Source: Chloroflexota bacterium | GTDB lineage: Bacteria; Chloroflexota; Limnocylindria; Limnocylindrales; CSP1-4 | Reading direction: 5' to 3' | Assembly (NCBI GenBank): GCA_003141955.1 | Contig: PLOC01000020.1 | Location: 26,287 to 90,286, forward strand | Length of the DNA: 64,000 bases | In this document: piece after piece, positions 35,464 to 44,890 of the stretch | How the letters are laid out: the number at the start of each line of letters is the position of its first letter | Numbering within the stretch: position 1 is the stretch's first letter | Position numbers and translations under genes: made by a program | The notes under the pieces: generated by a model | Told to the model about the DNA's origin: nothing | Databases searched by the model: none | The model's input: only the letters and a program-made list of their open reading frames with translations

Positions 35464-37961
35464 GAGTCCCACTGAGCTGGTTGCGCGAGTACGTCGACGT
35501 CCAGCTGTCGCCCGAACAGCTGGCCGAGCGGCTGACGCTCCTCGGCATGGAAGTCCAGGGCATCGAACGTTGGGGCGCCGACTGGCGCTCCGTCGTCGTC
35601 GGCGAGCTGCTGACGGTCGAGAAGCACCCGTACGCCGATCGCCTCCAACTGACGACCGTCACCGTCGGCTCGGGCGAGCCGCTCCACATCGTCTGCGGCG
35701 CCCACAACATCGCTCCCGGCCAGCGCGTCCCGGTGGCCTTGCCGGGGGCTGTCCTGCCGGGCGATCGCCGCATCGAGCGGACCGAGAAGATGGGCATCGC
35801 CTCCGAGGGAATGCTCTGCTCCGGCGACGAGCTCCACATCACCAGCGACGCGGAGGGGATTCTCATTCTTCCGCCCGCGACGGCGCTCGGCCGGGACCTC
35901 AGCGAGCTGTACGGCGACGTGGTGCTGGACGTGGACGTCAAGCCCAACCGCGGCGACGCCCTGTGTCTTGTTGGGCTGGCGCGCGAGGTCGCGGCGGCGA
36001 CGAGTGCCACCATCCGCTGGCCCGAGATCGCCGTCGAGGAAGCGGGCGGCCCCGTCTCGGACCACCTGAAGGTCGAGGTTCGAGAGCCCGAGCTCTGCAC
36101 TCGTTTCGTCGGACGGTGGGTGAGTGGGGCGAAGATCGGGCCCTCTCCGGACTGGGCTCAGATGCGCCTTCAGGCCGCCGGCATGCGCCCGGTCAGCAAC
36201 GTCGTCGATGCGTCGAACTACGTCATGCTCGAGCTGGGCAAGCCGACCCACACCTTCAACGGCGCCGCGGTCCACGACGGCACGATCATCGTTCGCCGGG
36301 CCACTGCGGGCGAGCGGGTCGAAACCCTCGACCATGTCGAGCGGGAGCTGACCACAGATACGCTGATCATCGCCGACCCCAGAGGCCCCATCGGCATCGC
36401 CGGAATCATGGGCGGCTTCGACAGTGAGATCACGAACGCGACCACCGAGATCGCTATCGAGTCGGCCGTTTTCGACCCGGTGAGCATTCGTCGCACGGGG
36501 CATCGGTATGCACTGCGCTCTGAGGCGAGCCTCCGATTCGAGAAGGGCCAGGAATTCCGGCTCGCTCGAATCGGCGCAGACCGGGTTGCCCAGCTGACTC
36601 TGGCCTGGGCCGGCGGCGCGCTCTCCAAGGGTCGCGTCGACACCGCGCCCACGGAGCCGCCATCGGCGCGCCTCGCCTTTCGGCCGGCCCGCGTGAGCAG
36701 GCTGCTCGGCGCCGAGATCTCGGTCGACGAACAGCGCAGTCTGCTGCGCCGGGTCGGCGTGGAGACCGAGCCGGCCCCGTCCGGAGCTCGCATCCAGGTG
36801 TCGGCGGCCCCGCAGCCTCTTGTCGTCGACCCGGGAGCCGAGCAGGCGCTCGTCGCCGTAGTGCCGACGTGGCGTCGGGACCTCGCCATCGAGGCGGACC
36901 TGGCGGAGGAGATCGCGCGCGTTCGCGGGTACGAGACGACGCCGGCGCACCTCCCCGACACGCTGATGCCGGCCTACCGGCCGTCGCCGCTGCTTGTCCG
37001 CGAGGTCATCCGAGCGACCCTGGCCGGCGCCGGGTTGAGCGAGGTCGTCACACACGCCCTCGTGTCGCCGCTTGACGAAGCCAGGCTCCTCTGGCCCGAG
37101 GATGAAAGCGAACCGGCTCTGCCTGCGAGTCTCGCTGCGCAGACCGGGGACGAAATCGCCGTGACGAATCCACTTTCGGTGGAGCATTCCGTCCTGCGCC
37201 GGCATCTGGCCGCCAGCCTGCTGGACGTGCTGTCGCTGAACGAGCGCCAGGGCCGTCCGGACGTCGCCATCTTCGAGATCGGCAAGCGCTACGCGCGAGT
37301 CGATGGACGGCCGCGCGAGTGGACTCGACTTGCCGTCCTGCTGACCGGGGCCGCCGAGCCGGCCGCCTGGAACCGCGCTGCGCGCCCGTATGACCTCGAC
37401 GACGCGAAGGGCGTCCTGGAGCTGCTGTACCGGCGCGTGGGCATGCCAGAGCCTTCCTACGTGCCCGACCCGCGAGGTTTCCCCTTCCACCCCGGGCGAG
37501 CGCTCCTGGCCCGGGCAGAGTCCGGCGGAGAGGCGGTCGCCGGCCGCGTGGCGGAGCTGCATCCGGACGCGGTGGCGGCGTGGGATCTGCGAGCTCAGCG
37601 GGTGATCGTCGCCGAAGTCGCGATCGCCGGGTTGGACGTCGCTGGACCCATGCGCGTGCACGTCGAGCCAATCCCGCGCTTCCCGGAGGTCGAGCGCGAC
37701 CTGGCCGTCATAGTTGCCGAGTCCCGCAGCGCCGTCGAGGTCCGGCGTACGATCGAGCGGCACGGTGGGGTCCTGCTGCGCCGCGTCCGCCTCTTCGACC
37801 TGTACCGCGGTGCGCCTCTTGCAGCGGGCGAGAAGAGCCTGGCCTACCGGCTCGTGCTCGGGGCGAGGGACCGGACGCTGACCGAGGCGGAAGTCGAGGG
37901 CGCGATTGAGGCCGCTCGAAAGGGCCTCCAGAAGGAGCTTGGCGCCCACCTTCGCACGTAA
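35460..37961 (+). CDS. pheT: phenylalanine--tRNA ligase beta subunit
   Basis: MRVPLSWLREYVD N-terminus with tRNA-binding, B3/4, B5 and FDX-ACB regions. ATGA overlap with the pheS stop. Confidence 0.95.
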   Translation: MRVPLSWLREYVDVQLSPEQLAERLTLLGMEVQGIERWGADWRSVVVGELLTVEKHPYADRLQLTTVTVGSGEPLHIVCGAHNIAPGQRVPVALPGAVLPGDRRIERTEKMGIASEGMLCSGDELHITSDAEGILILPPATALGRDLSELYGDVVLDVDVKPNRGDALCLVGLAREVAAATSATIRWPEIAVEEAGGPVSDHLKVEVREPELCTRFVGRWVSGAKIGPSPDWAQMRLQAAGMRPVSNVVDASNYVMLELGKPTHTFNGAAVHDGTIIVRRATAGERVETLDHVERELTTDTLIIADPRGPIGIAGIMGGFDSEITNATTEIAIESAVFDPVSIRRTGHRYALRSEASLRFEKGQEFRLARIGADRVAQLTLAWAGGALSKGRVDTAPTEPPSARLAFRPARVSRLLGAEISVDEQRSLLRRVGVETEPAPSGARIQVSAAPQPLVVDPGAEQALVAVVPTWRRDLAIEADLAEEIARVRGYETTPAHLPDTLMPAYRPSPLLVREVIRATLAGAGLSEVVTHALVSPLDEARLLWPEDESEPALPASLAAQTGDEIAVTNPLSVEHSVLRRHLAASLLDVLSLNERQGRPDVAIFEIGKRYARVDGRPREWTRLAVLLTGAAEPAAWNRAARPYDLDDAKGVLELLYRRVGMPEPSYVPDPRGFPFHPGRALLARAESGGEAVAGRVAELHPDAVAAWDLRAQRVIVAEVAIAGLDVAGPMRVHVEPIPRFPEVERDLAVIVAESRSAVEVRRTIERHGGVLLRRVRLFDLYRGAPLAAGEKSLAYRLVLGARDRTLTEAEVEGAIEAARKGLQKELGAHLRT

Positions 37962-38151
37962 CTTCTCGCTGGGAACCGGGGGGGAGGCGGGCGAGCCGGA
38001 CTTGCGGGTCAGAGGCCGGTCGGTACAGTTGCCCAGTTGAACCTGACACCGAAGCGCTGCTAAGGTGCATCACGGCGGTCCGAGCGCTGTTAACCTAGCC
38101 GCGTTCGCGTCAGACTCATCTTCTCCGTCCCAGGGATGACGAGGGACACCG

Positions 38152-38718
38152 ATGACCGGAGCAATCCAGTCCGCACCGCTGGTCGATCTGGCGATCCTGA
38201 TCGTCCTGTTTGCGGCGTTCGTCGTGGGTGCGGTGCAGGGTGCAATCCGGCGGATCCTCGGGATCGTCTCCATCGTATTCGCCTTCCTGCTGTCGGCCAA
38301 CCTGCGCGATCCCGTCGGCGGGTACCTGGCCGACCAGTGGCACCAGTACCCCGCCGGCTACGACCACCTGCTTGCCTTCGGGGCCCTGTTCTGTGCCTTG
38401 ACCGTGGGCTTCTCGGTGCTGATCCAGGGCTTCTACAAGCGCACCGAGCTCTCGGCGGGCCATCCCATCCTCGACGACGTCATCGGCGGCCTGCTGGGCC
38501 TGCTGGAAGGGTTCATCGTGCTGACGATCGTGGTCATCATCCTGGGCTCGTACACGCTGCCTGATCCTTTCCCGGGCGAAATCGACCAGCTTCGGAGCGT
38601 GTATCAGCTCATGAACCAGTCCCACATCGCCGGCGCGATACAGTCCACCGTGGTGCCGCCGCTGGTTCACGTGTTGGCCGTCCTGCTGCCCAGCGACCTC
38701 GTCTCGATCTTCCCCTGA
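38152..38718 (+). CDS. cvpA: CvpA family membrane protein
   Basis: N-terminal LVDLAILIVLFAAFVVGAVQGAIRRILGIVS pattern and a 4-TM layout typical of CvpA. GAGGGA upstream. Confidence 0.7.
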   Translation: MTGAIQSAPLVDLAILIVLFAAFVVGAVQGAIRRILGIVSIVFAFLLSANLRDPVGGYLADQWHQYPAGYDHLLAFGALFCALTVGFSVLIQGFYKRTELSAGHPILDDVIGGLLGLLEGFIVLTIVVIILGSYTLPDPFPGEIDQLRSVYQLMNQSHIAGAIQSTVVPPLVHVLAVLLPSDLVSIFP

Positions 38719-39452
38719 GCGAGCACGGTACGATCGAATCCAGGCCGGCTTCCTCCGAAGACGCGTACCCGCGCCGCCTGCTCGCGGAGGACAGCATCGC
38801 GGCGGCGCGCGAGCTTCTGGGCGCTCGACTGGTCCGAAGCGACGCTTGTGGCGCAAGAGTTGGCAGGATCGTCGAGATCGAGGCCTACATAGGGACGGAC
38901 GACAGGGCGTCTCATGCGCGCTTTGGGCCGACGAAGCGGAACGGCGTCATGTTCGGCCCGCCCGGCCACGCCTACGTGTACCTTGTCTACGGGATGTACC
39001 ACTGCTTGAACGTCGTCACCGAACCCTCCGGCTTCCCCGCGGCCCTGCTCGTGCGCTCAGTCGAACCTGTCGAGGGAGGCGACCTGATGCGGCGCGCCCG
39101 CGAGGAGTGCGTCGACGCTCGGGCCGGTCGTGATGGCTTCGCTCTCGAGGACACGGCCCGGGCCGCCGCCGCCCGCCGGAGAGTGGCTGCGCTGCCCCTC
39201 GCGCGACTCGCCGCGGGACCGGGCCTGGTCTGCGCCGCCTTCTCGATCGGCCGCGGCGAGGATGGCGTGGACTTGTGCGATCCGGCCGCGTCGCTCCATT
39301 TGGAACCGGCCTGCCCGGGTGACCCGGCCCTGGAGCCAGCGTTCGGCCCACGCATTGGCCTCGGCTCGACGCCGGAACCGTGGCTCAGCAAGCCGTGGCG
39401 AGTCTGGGCTGCGGGCAACCCCGCAGTGTCCAGCCCGAGGGCTCGCGGATGA
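38715..39452 (+). CDS. mpg: DNA-3-methyladenine glycosylase (Mpg/AAG family), start codon non-canonical or unresolved
   Basis: Conserved blocks ARELLGARLV, GRIVEIEAYIG..D.ASHA, NGVMFGPPGHAYVYLVYGMYHCLNVV. These begin upstream of the first ATG (38949). The frame is open from 38565 with no ATG/GTG/TTG. The CTG at 38715 forms a CTGA overlap with the cvpA stop. Confidence 0.72.
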   Translation: MSEHGTIESRPASSEDAYPRRLLAEDSIAAARELLGARLVRSDACGARVGRIVEIEAYIGTDDRASHARFGPTKRNGVMFGPPGHAYVYLVYGMYHCLNVVTEPSGFPAALLVRSVEPVEGGDLMRRAREECVDARAGRDGFALEDTARAAAARRRVAALPLARLAAGPGLVCAAFSIGRGEDGVDLCDPAASLHLEPACPGDPALEPAFGPRIGLGSTPEPWLSKPWRVWAAGNPAVSSPRARG

Positions 39453-41908
39453 CGGCGCCCACCCCCGAGAACCCGGCTGGCGCGTATTCAGGCCGGGCGC
39501 CCGGCACCGGCACGCAGATGGATCGGCGCTCGATGGCGCTGCTGGAATTCCCGCTCGTCCGCGCCCGTCTCGCCGCCGCGACGGGGTTTCCGCCCGGCCG
39601 CCGTCAGGCCGAAGCCCTGGAGCCGTCCACAGACGCCGTGATCGTGGCCCGCGGCCTGGATGAAACCACGCAGACGCGCGCCTTCCTGGCGGGCCATCCA
39701 GGCGCGGGAATCGGGGGCAGCAAGGACATCGGACCATCGCTGGAGCGCGCTGCCCGCGGTGGCCGCCTGGACCCGGCACAGTTCCTCGACATCGCCTCGA
39801 CACTTGAAGCCGCGTCCCGGTTGGCCGAGGCGCTGTCCGGCGACCGCCGCCCGATCCTGCGCGATCTCGGCCGCGAGATCCACCCGCTGCCGGGTCTGCG
39901 CAGCGTGCTGGGACGCAGCTTCGACCCGACCGGAGAGCTGCTGGACACGGCGTCGCCGCGCCTCGGGGGACTCCGGCGTGCGGTGCGCGTCGCCTACGAC
40001 CGGCTCCGCACCCGGTTGGATCAGCTGGTCCACTCGGGCGATCTCGCGAGCGCGCTGCAGGAGCCGCTCGTGACACTCCGCGGCGGAAGGTACGTGATCC
40101 CGGTTCGGGCCGACGCACGCGCCCGAGTGAAGGGCATCGTGCATGACGCCTCCGGCAGCGGCCAGACTCTCTTTGTGGAGCCGCTCGTGGCGGTTGAGCT
40201 CGGCAACGCCTGGCGCGAGGCCCAGGTTGCCGAACAGACCGAGATGGAGCGGATCCTCGATGAGCTTTCGATCCTGGTAGCCGGCCAGGCATCGCCACTT
40301 CGCGAGACCCTCGACGCGCTGGCCAGGTTCGACTTCTGGGCTGCCAAGGCGCGTCTGGCGGAGGAGATGGACGCGATCGCCGCCGAGATCGCCACCCGGC
40401 CGGAGATCGTGATGCTGGGAGCCCGTCATCCCGGCCTGTCGGGCCGCGTCGTGCCGATCGACATCCGCCTCGGCGACGGCTACACGGCACTACTGATCAC
40501 GGGCCCGAACACGGGCGGGAAGACCGTCGCACTGAGGACTCTTGGCCTGCTGAGTCTGATGCATCAGTCAGGGCTGCACGTGCCAGCGGAGGTCGGGACG
40601 AAGCTGCCCGTCCTGTTCGACGTCTACGCCGACATCGGCGACGAGCAGTCGGTCGCGCAGTCCCTCTCCACCTTCAGCGGCCACATGCGCTCGATCGTTC
40701 GAGTGGTCGAGGCGGCCGGCCCGAACCGGCTGGTACTCCTCGACGAGCTCGGCGCCGGAACGGATCCGACCGAAGGCTCCGCGCTGGCCCAGGCCCTGCT
40801 CGATCACTTCATCAAGGCCGGCGCGCTCGTCGCCGCGACCACCCACTACGCCGAGCTGAAGCTGTACGCCCACACGACGCCGCAGGCGCGCAACGCATCG
40901 GTCGAGTTCGACGTGGAGACGCTGCGGCCGACCTACCGACTGTCGATCGGTCTGCCCGGGCAGAGCCAGGCCTTCGCCATTGCCGAACGGCTGGGCCTCC
41001 CGACCGCCATCGTCGAAGATGCGCGCTCGCGGCTCACGGACGAGCAGCAGGCGTTCGAGGAGACGCTGGCCTCGATCAAGGCCACGCAGCTCGAGACGAC
41101 CGAAGCGCTGGCGCGGGCGCGAACCGCCGAGGACCGGGCCAGGGTCGCCCTCGCGTCGGCGGACGACGAACGACGCCGCGCCCGGCGCGAGCGAGACGAA
41201 TCGGTCAAGGCGGCGCGAGACGAGGCCGAGCGGCTCGTCGACGACGTCAGAGGCGAAGTACGGACGATCCGCCGCCAGCTCGAGCGCGAGACGGTGACGC
41301 AGCGCAGCCTCGACGAGGGCCTCGAGCGGGCCCGGATACAGGTGGAGCGCCTCCCTGCAGCCGAGCCCGAACCGGGGCGGACGATGCCCCCGAGCGCGGT
41401 CGCCTGGCGGACGGGGATGCGCGCCCGCAGCATCAGCGGCGGGTGGGAAGGCCGCGTCGCCGCGCTGGAGAAGGGCGGCCGGCGGGCCACGCTGGAGGCG
41501 GGCGGGATACGGGTGACGGTGCCCCTGGAGGATCTGGAACCGGCTGTCGGCGGAGAAGGGGAGGGGGCCGCCCTCGGTTCGATGCCGGGCGGCCGCCGGC
41601 AGATAGGCACGGGCGATGGGGAGTCCGGGGGGAGCGCGTCCCGGCTGCAGCTGGAACGCGCCCGCACGGTCGCGTCTTCACTGGATCTTCGCGGCGCCAA
41701 GGTCGTGGAGGCGCTAGAGGTCCTGGACCGCTACCTGGACGATGCTTCGCTGGCGGGCCTGGACCAGGCCACGATCATCCACGGGCTCGGCACGGGTGCG
41801 CTCCGGGACGCGGTCCGCGACTACGCCTCTGGGCATCCGCTCGTCAAATCGTGGCGCCCCGGCGGGCGCGGGGAGGGCGGCGACGGCACCACGGTAGTGG
41901 CTCTCTGA
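39449..41908 (+). CDS. mutS2: endonuclease MutS2
   Basis: Walker A GPNTGGKT, the MutS domain V and a C-terminal Smr domain (LDLRG...IIHGLGTGALR). ATGA overlap with the mpg stop. An alternative ATG lies at 39518 (MDRRSMALLEF). Confidence 0.9.
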   Translation: MTAPTPENPAGAYSGRAPGTGTQMDRRSMALLEFPLVRARLAAATGFPPGRRQAEALEPSTDAVIVARGLDETTQTRAFLAGHPGAGIGGSKDIGPSLERAARGGRLDPAQFLDIASTLEAASRLAEALSGDRRPILRDLGREIHPLPGLRSVLGRSFDPTGELLDTASPRLGGLRRAVRVAYDRLRTRLDQLVHSGDLASALQEPLVTLRGGRYVIPVRADARARVKGIVHDASGSGQTLFVEPLVAVELGNAWREAQVAEQTEMERILDELSILVAGQASPLRETLDALARFDFWAAKARLAEEMDAIAAEIATRPEIVMLGARHPGLSGRVVPIDIRLGDGYTALLITGPNTGGKTVALRTLGLLSLMHQSGLHVPAEVGTKLPVLFDVYADIGDEQSVAQSLSTFSGHMRSIVRVVEAAGPNRLVLLDELGAGTDPTEGSALAQALLDHFIKAGALVAATTHYAELKLYAHTTPQARNASVEFDVETLRPTYRLSIGLPGQSQAFAIAERLGLPTAIVEDARSRLTDEQQAFEETLASIKATQLETTEALARARTAEDRARVALASADDERRRARRERDESVKAARDEAERLVDDVRGEVRTIRRQLERETVTQRSLDEGLERARIQVERLPAAEPEPGRTMPPSAVAWRTGMRARSISGGWEGRVAALEKGGRRATLEAGGIRVTVPLEDLEPAVGGEGEGAALGSMPGGRRQIGTGDGESGGSASRLQLERARTVASSLDLRGAKVVEALEVLDRYLDDASLAGLDQATIIHGLGTGALRDAVRDYASGHPLVKSWRPGGRGEGGDGTTVVAL

Positions 41909-42029
41909 GCTGAGGCTGGACTTGTGGATCTGCCGCGTTTGACCGCGGATCCGCGCCGAGCCCGCGCTCGGGGCCGCGGAATGCGAGAATCGGTCACCTG
42001 CGGCCCGGCCCGTCACGCGTCGCGGCCCT

Positions 42030-43145
42030 GTGGAGGAGTTGGTGCAGAAAGCGCAAGAGGCTGCTCCGGGCATGCCTCGTGTCGTGGATGCGAATGACTG
42101 GCCGGCGGCGGATTGGGACGCCCTGGCGGCCCGGAGGCCGCTCGGCGACGCGTTCCAGTCGCACGAATGGGGCGAGGTCAAGCGCAGCCTGGGCTGGACG
42201 CCCCTTCGCTACGCCGTGGAACTGGACGGCCGGCGCATCGCCGTGGTCTTCATCCAGGAGCGACCGCTGCTGCGCCGTGGGCTGGGGCTGGTGCGGCTGC
42301 GCGTCCACTACGCGCCCCGAGGCCCGATCCTGCTGGAGGCCACGCCAGAAGCCGCCAGAGCGGCCCTGGGGGCACTCAAGGGCATCGCCCGCGCCCGCCA
42401 CAGCCTGACGCTTACCATCGATCCAACGTGGCGCGAGGACGGGGAGCTCGCGGACACGCTGCCCGGGTCGGGGTTCGGCCCGGCCACGCGCGAGGTCCAG
42501 GTTTCGCGCACCGCGATGGTGATTCCGCTGCGCGCCGACGAGGACGAGCAGCATGCGCTCCTCGACGACTCGACGGCCACCAACATCAACAAGGCCCGCC
42601 GAGCGGGAGTGTCCACTGAACGGATCGACCTGACGTCGCCGGCCATCCGCGAGGCGGCACTGGCCGAGTTCTTCGATATGCACGCCGCCACCGGCCGGCG
42701 CGAGGGATTCCTCGTGCGTGACCGCGAATACGAGTTGAACCAGTGGCGAAGTCTCGGCCAGGCGGGCCTGGCCAGTCTGTGGTTCGCCAGCGCCGAGGGA
42801 CGGCGGCGCAGCGGCCTTCTGCTGCTGCACTCCGGCCGGAACGTGGTGCTGTTCGCCGCGGGCTCCCCTGACGACGCCGACCTGCGCAAGAATCGGGCGA
42901 ATCACCTGCTGCACTGGTCGATCATGCGCTGGGCCGTGACGGCCGGATTCGAGGGCTACGACCTGGGCGGCGTGGACACGCACGCGTTCCCAGGCTTGCC
43001 AGAGGACAGCACGCACCCGCTCTGGAACCTGTACGAGTTCAAGCGCCGCCTTGGAGCGGTCGGAGAGGTCCGGATCCGGGCCCACGAGTACGCCCCGAGT
43101 GCACTCCTGGGCACGGTCTGGCGACTTGCGCGGCGCTTCCGATGA
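42030..43145 (+). CDS. FemAB family peptidoglycan bridge-formation aminoacyltransferase
   Basis: FemX-like blocks (FQSHEWGEVK, NINKARRAGV, and the WSIMRWA..GF..YDLGG C-terminal half). The start is uncertain (GTG 42030/42042 or ATG 42072). Confidence 0.72.
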   Translation: MEELVQKAQEAAPGMPRVVDANDWPAADWDALAARRPLGDAFQSHEWGEVKRSLGWTPLRYAVELDGRRIAVVFIQERPLLRRGLGLVRLRVHYAPRGPILLEATPEAARAALGALKGIARARHSLTLTIDPTWREDGELADTLPGSGFGPATREVQVSRTAMVIPLRADEDEQHALLDDSTATNINKARRAGVSTERIDLTSPAIREAALAEFFDMHAATGRREGFLVRDREYELNQWRSLGQAGLASLWFASAEGRRRSGLLLLHSGRNVVLFAAGSPDDADLRKNRANHLLHWSIMRWAVTAGFEGYDLGGVDTHAFPGLPEDSTHPLWNLYEFKRRLGAVGEVRIRAHEYAPSALLGTVWRLARRFR

Positions 43146-44890
43146 GCGGCACTCCAGGTCCACGCCGCCCCGCCGCTGGGAGCCAGCGAGGGCCGTCGCC
43201 GCGCCACGAGACCTGGCAGCCCCGCCGAACGCTCCAGCCGGCCCGCGAGGTCGCCGCCGGAGACGCCGTGCTCGCCGGCGACCCGACGAATCCGGCGACG
43301 CCCGACCTCACGACCGCGACCATGGCTCGGTTGGGTGGCCGCGCAATCGCTCTGGCCGGGGTGGTCGTCGTCGCCGGTGTAGTCCTCTCTCGTCTCCTGG
43401 GCTGGGTCCGGACGTCCGTATTCCTGGCCGAATTCGGTGGCACGACCCAGGTGGGCCAACTGGATGCATTCTGGGCCGCGTTCGGCATCCCCGATACTCT
43501 CTTCCAGCTGGTTGCCGCGGGGGCTGTCGGGTCGGCCCTCGTGCCCGTCGCGTCGGCACTCCTGGCCAACGGGGAAGAGGAGCGTGCCAGGCGAGTCGTG
43601 GCGACGATCGCCAATCTGATTCTCATCGTTCTGGTCCCCCTGGCTGTCGTGGTCTGGTTTGCTGCTCCGGCGATCATGCCGGTGATCGCCCCCATCCAGG
43701 ATGCGAGCAACCTCCCCCTGGAGATCGAACTGACGCGGTGGATGCTGCTCTCGCCGATCCTCCTCGCCATCGCGGCGGTGATGACCGCAGGCCTGAACGC
43801 CACGGGAATCTTCGGTATACCCGCCCTCGCCCCCAACGTCTACAACGCCGTGATCATCGTGTGTGCGATCGCGCTGACGCCCGCGATGGGCATCTACGCC
43901 CTTGCACTTGGTGTCGTGCTGGGCGCTGCCGGCCATGTCGCCACGCAGGCCTATGCCGTCCGAAATGGCGGACTCTACGGTCTAGTAGTCGACATCCATG
44001 ACCCCGCCGTGCGCGAGACGTTACTGCTCATGGCGCCTCGCGCCCTCGGCCTCGGGGCGACCCAGATCGTGTTTCTCGTCAACAGGTTCTTCGCAGTGCA
44101 GATCACAGGGGCGCTGACCACCTACACCGCGGCCTTCACCGCCCTGCAAATCCCAGTCGGGCTGATAGGCGTGCCGCTGGGCATCGTTCTGCTACCGCCG
44201 CTTTCCCAGGCGATTGCCCGCGGAGATACCGAGAAGTTCCGGCGTCTGGTGGACCAGTCGCTGCGTTTGCTCCTCTACGTGGTCATCCCGCTCACAGGCG
44301 TGATGATCGTCCTCGCCGGCCCAGGAATGGCCTTTCTCTACCAGCACGGCGGCTACACGCCCCAAGAAGTCACAGAGATAACGCCGGTCTTCCTCGTCTT
44401 CCTCATCGGCCTCGTGGCGCACGTCCTCATCTCGCTCCTGGCGCCCATCTTCTACGCGGGCAAGGACACCAGAACTCCAGTGACGGCGGCCCTCCTGGCG
44501 GTCGGTGTGGACGTGGTCGCGGCGACGCTTCTATTCCCGACGTTCCAGCTGAACGGATTGGCGGTCGCGATCGGCCTCGGGGCGTGGGCGGAGGTTTCGA
44601 TGCTCTTCTATTTCATGCGGCATCGCATCGGCTTCGATCTTCGTCCGCTCGGTCTGACCGTGGTCTTCGCCGTGCCCGGGGCGTCCCTCACGGCAGCAGC
44701 GGCCCTCGCTGGCGACCGGTTCGTCAGCAGCTTGACGCACGGGTCCACGTCGTTCCCAGCCCTCGGCCTCGAACTCGGGCTGGCCAGCCTCGCCGGAGCG
44801 GGAGTCTACCTTGCGTGGAGCCGCGTGTGGCGGCTACCCGAGCTGACGATCGCCACGGATCTCGTCAAGACGCTGCTGCGCCGCTCGTGA
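43142..44890 (+). CDS. murJ: lipid II flippase MurJ
   Basis: A 14-TM MOP-family layout with SRLLGWVRTSVFLAEFG near the N-terminus. ATGA overlap with the fem stop at 43142. The homology-based start is more likely ATG 43322. Confidence 0.85.
   Translation: MSGTPGPRRPAAGSQRGPSPRHETWQPRRTLQPAREVAAGDAVLAGDPTNPATPDLTTATMARLGGRAIALAGVVVVAGVVLSRLLGWVRTSVFLAEFGGTTQVGQLDAFWAAFGIPDTLFQLVAAGAVGSALVPVASALLANGEEERARRVVATIANLILIVLVPLAVVVWFAAPAIMPVIAPIQDASNLPLEIELTRWMLLSPILLAIAAVMTAGLNATGIFGIPALAPNVYNAVIIVCAIALTPAMGIYALALGVVLGAAGHVATQAYAVRNGGLYGLVVDIHDPAVRETLLLMAPRALGLGATQIVFLVNRFFAVQITGALTTYTAAFTALQIPVGLIGVPLGIVLLPPLSQAIARGDTEKFRRLVDQSLRLLLYVVIPLTGVMIVLAGPGMAFLYQHGGYTPQEVTEITPVFLVFLIGLVAHVLISLLAPIFYAGKDTRTPVTAALLAVGVDVVAATLLFPTFQLNGLAVAIGLGAWAEVSMLFYFMRHRIGFDLRPLGLTVVFAVPGASLTAAAALAGDRFVSSLTHGSTSFPALGLELGLASLAGAGVYLAWSRVWRLPELTIATDLVKTLLRRS

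Noticed and set aside
35421-37949. 842-aa ORF antisense to pheT. Similar long antisense ORFs lie at 33661-34953, 39057-40490, 23715-25502, 15596-16810 and 47838-48947.
   Set aside because: All are Arg/Gly/Pro/Asp-rich, lack any family signature and mirror well-supported genes or T-box leaders on the other strand.
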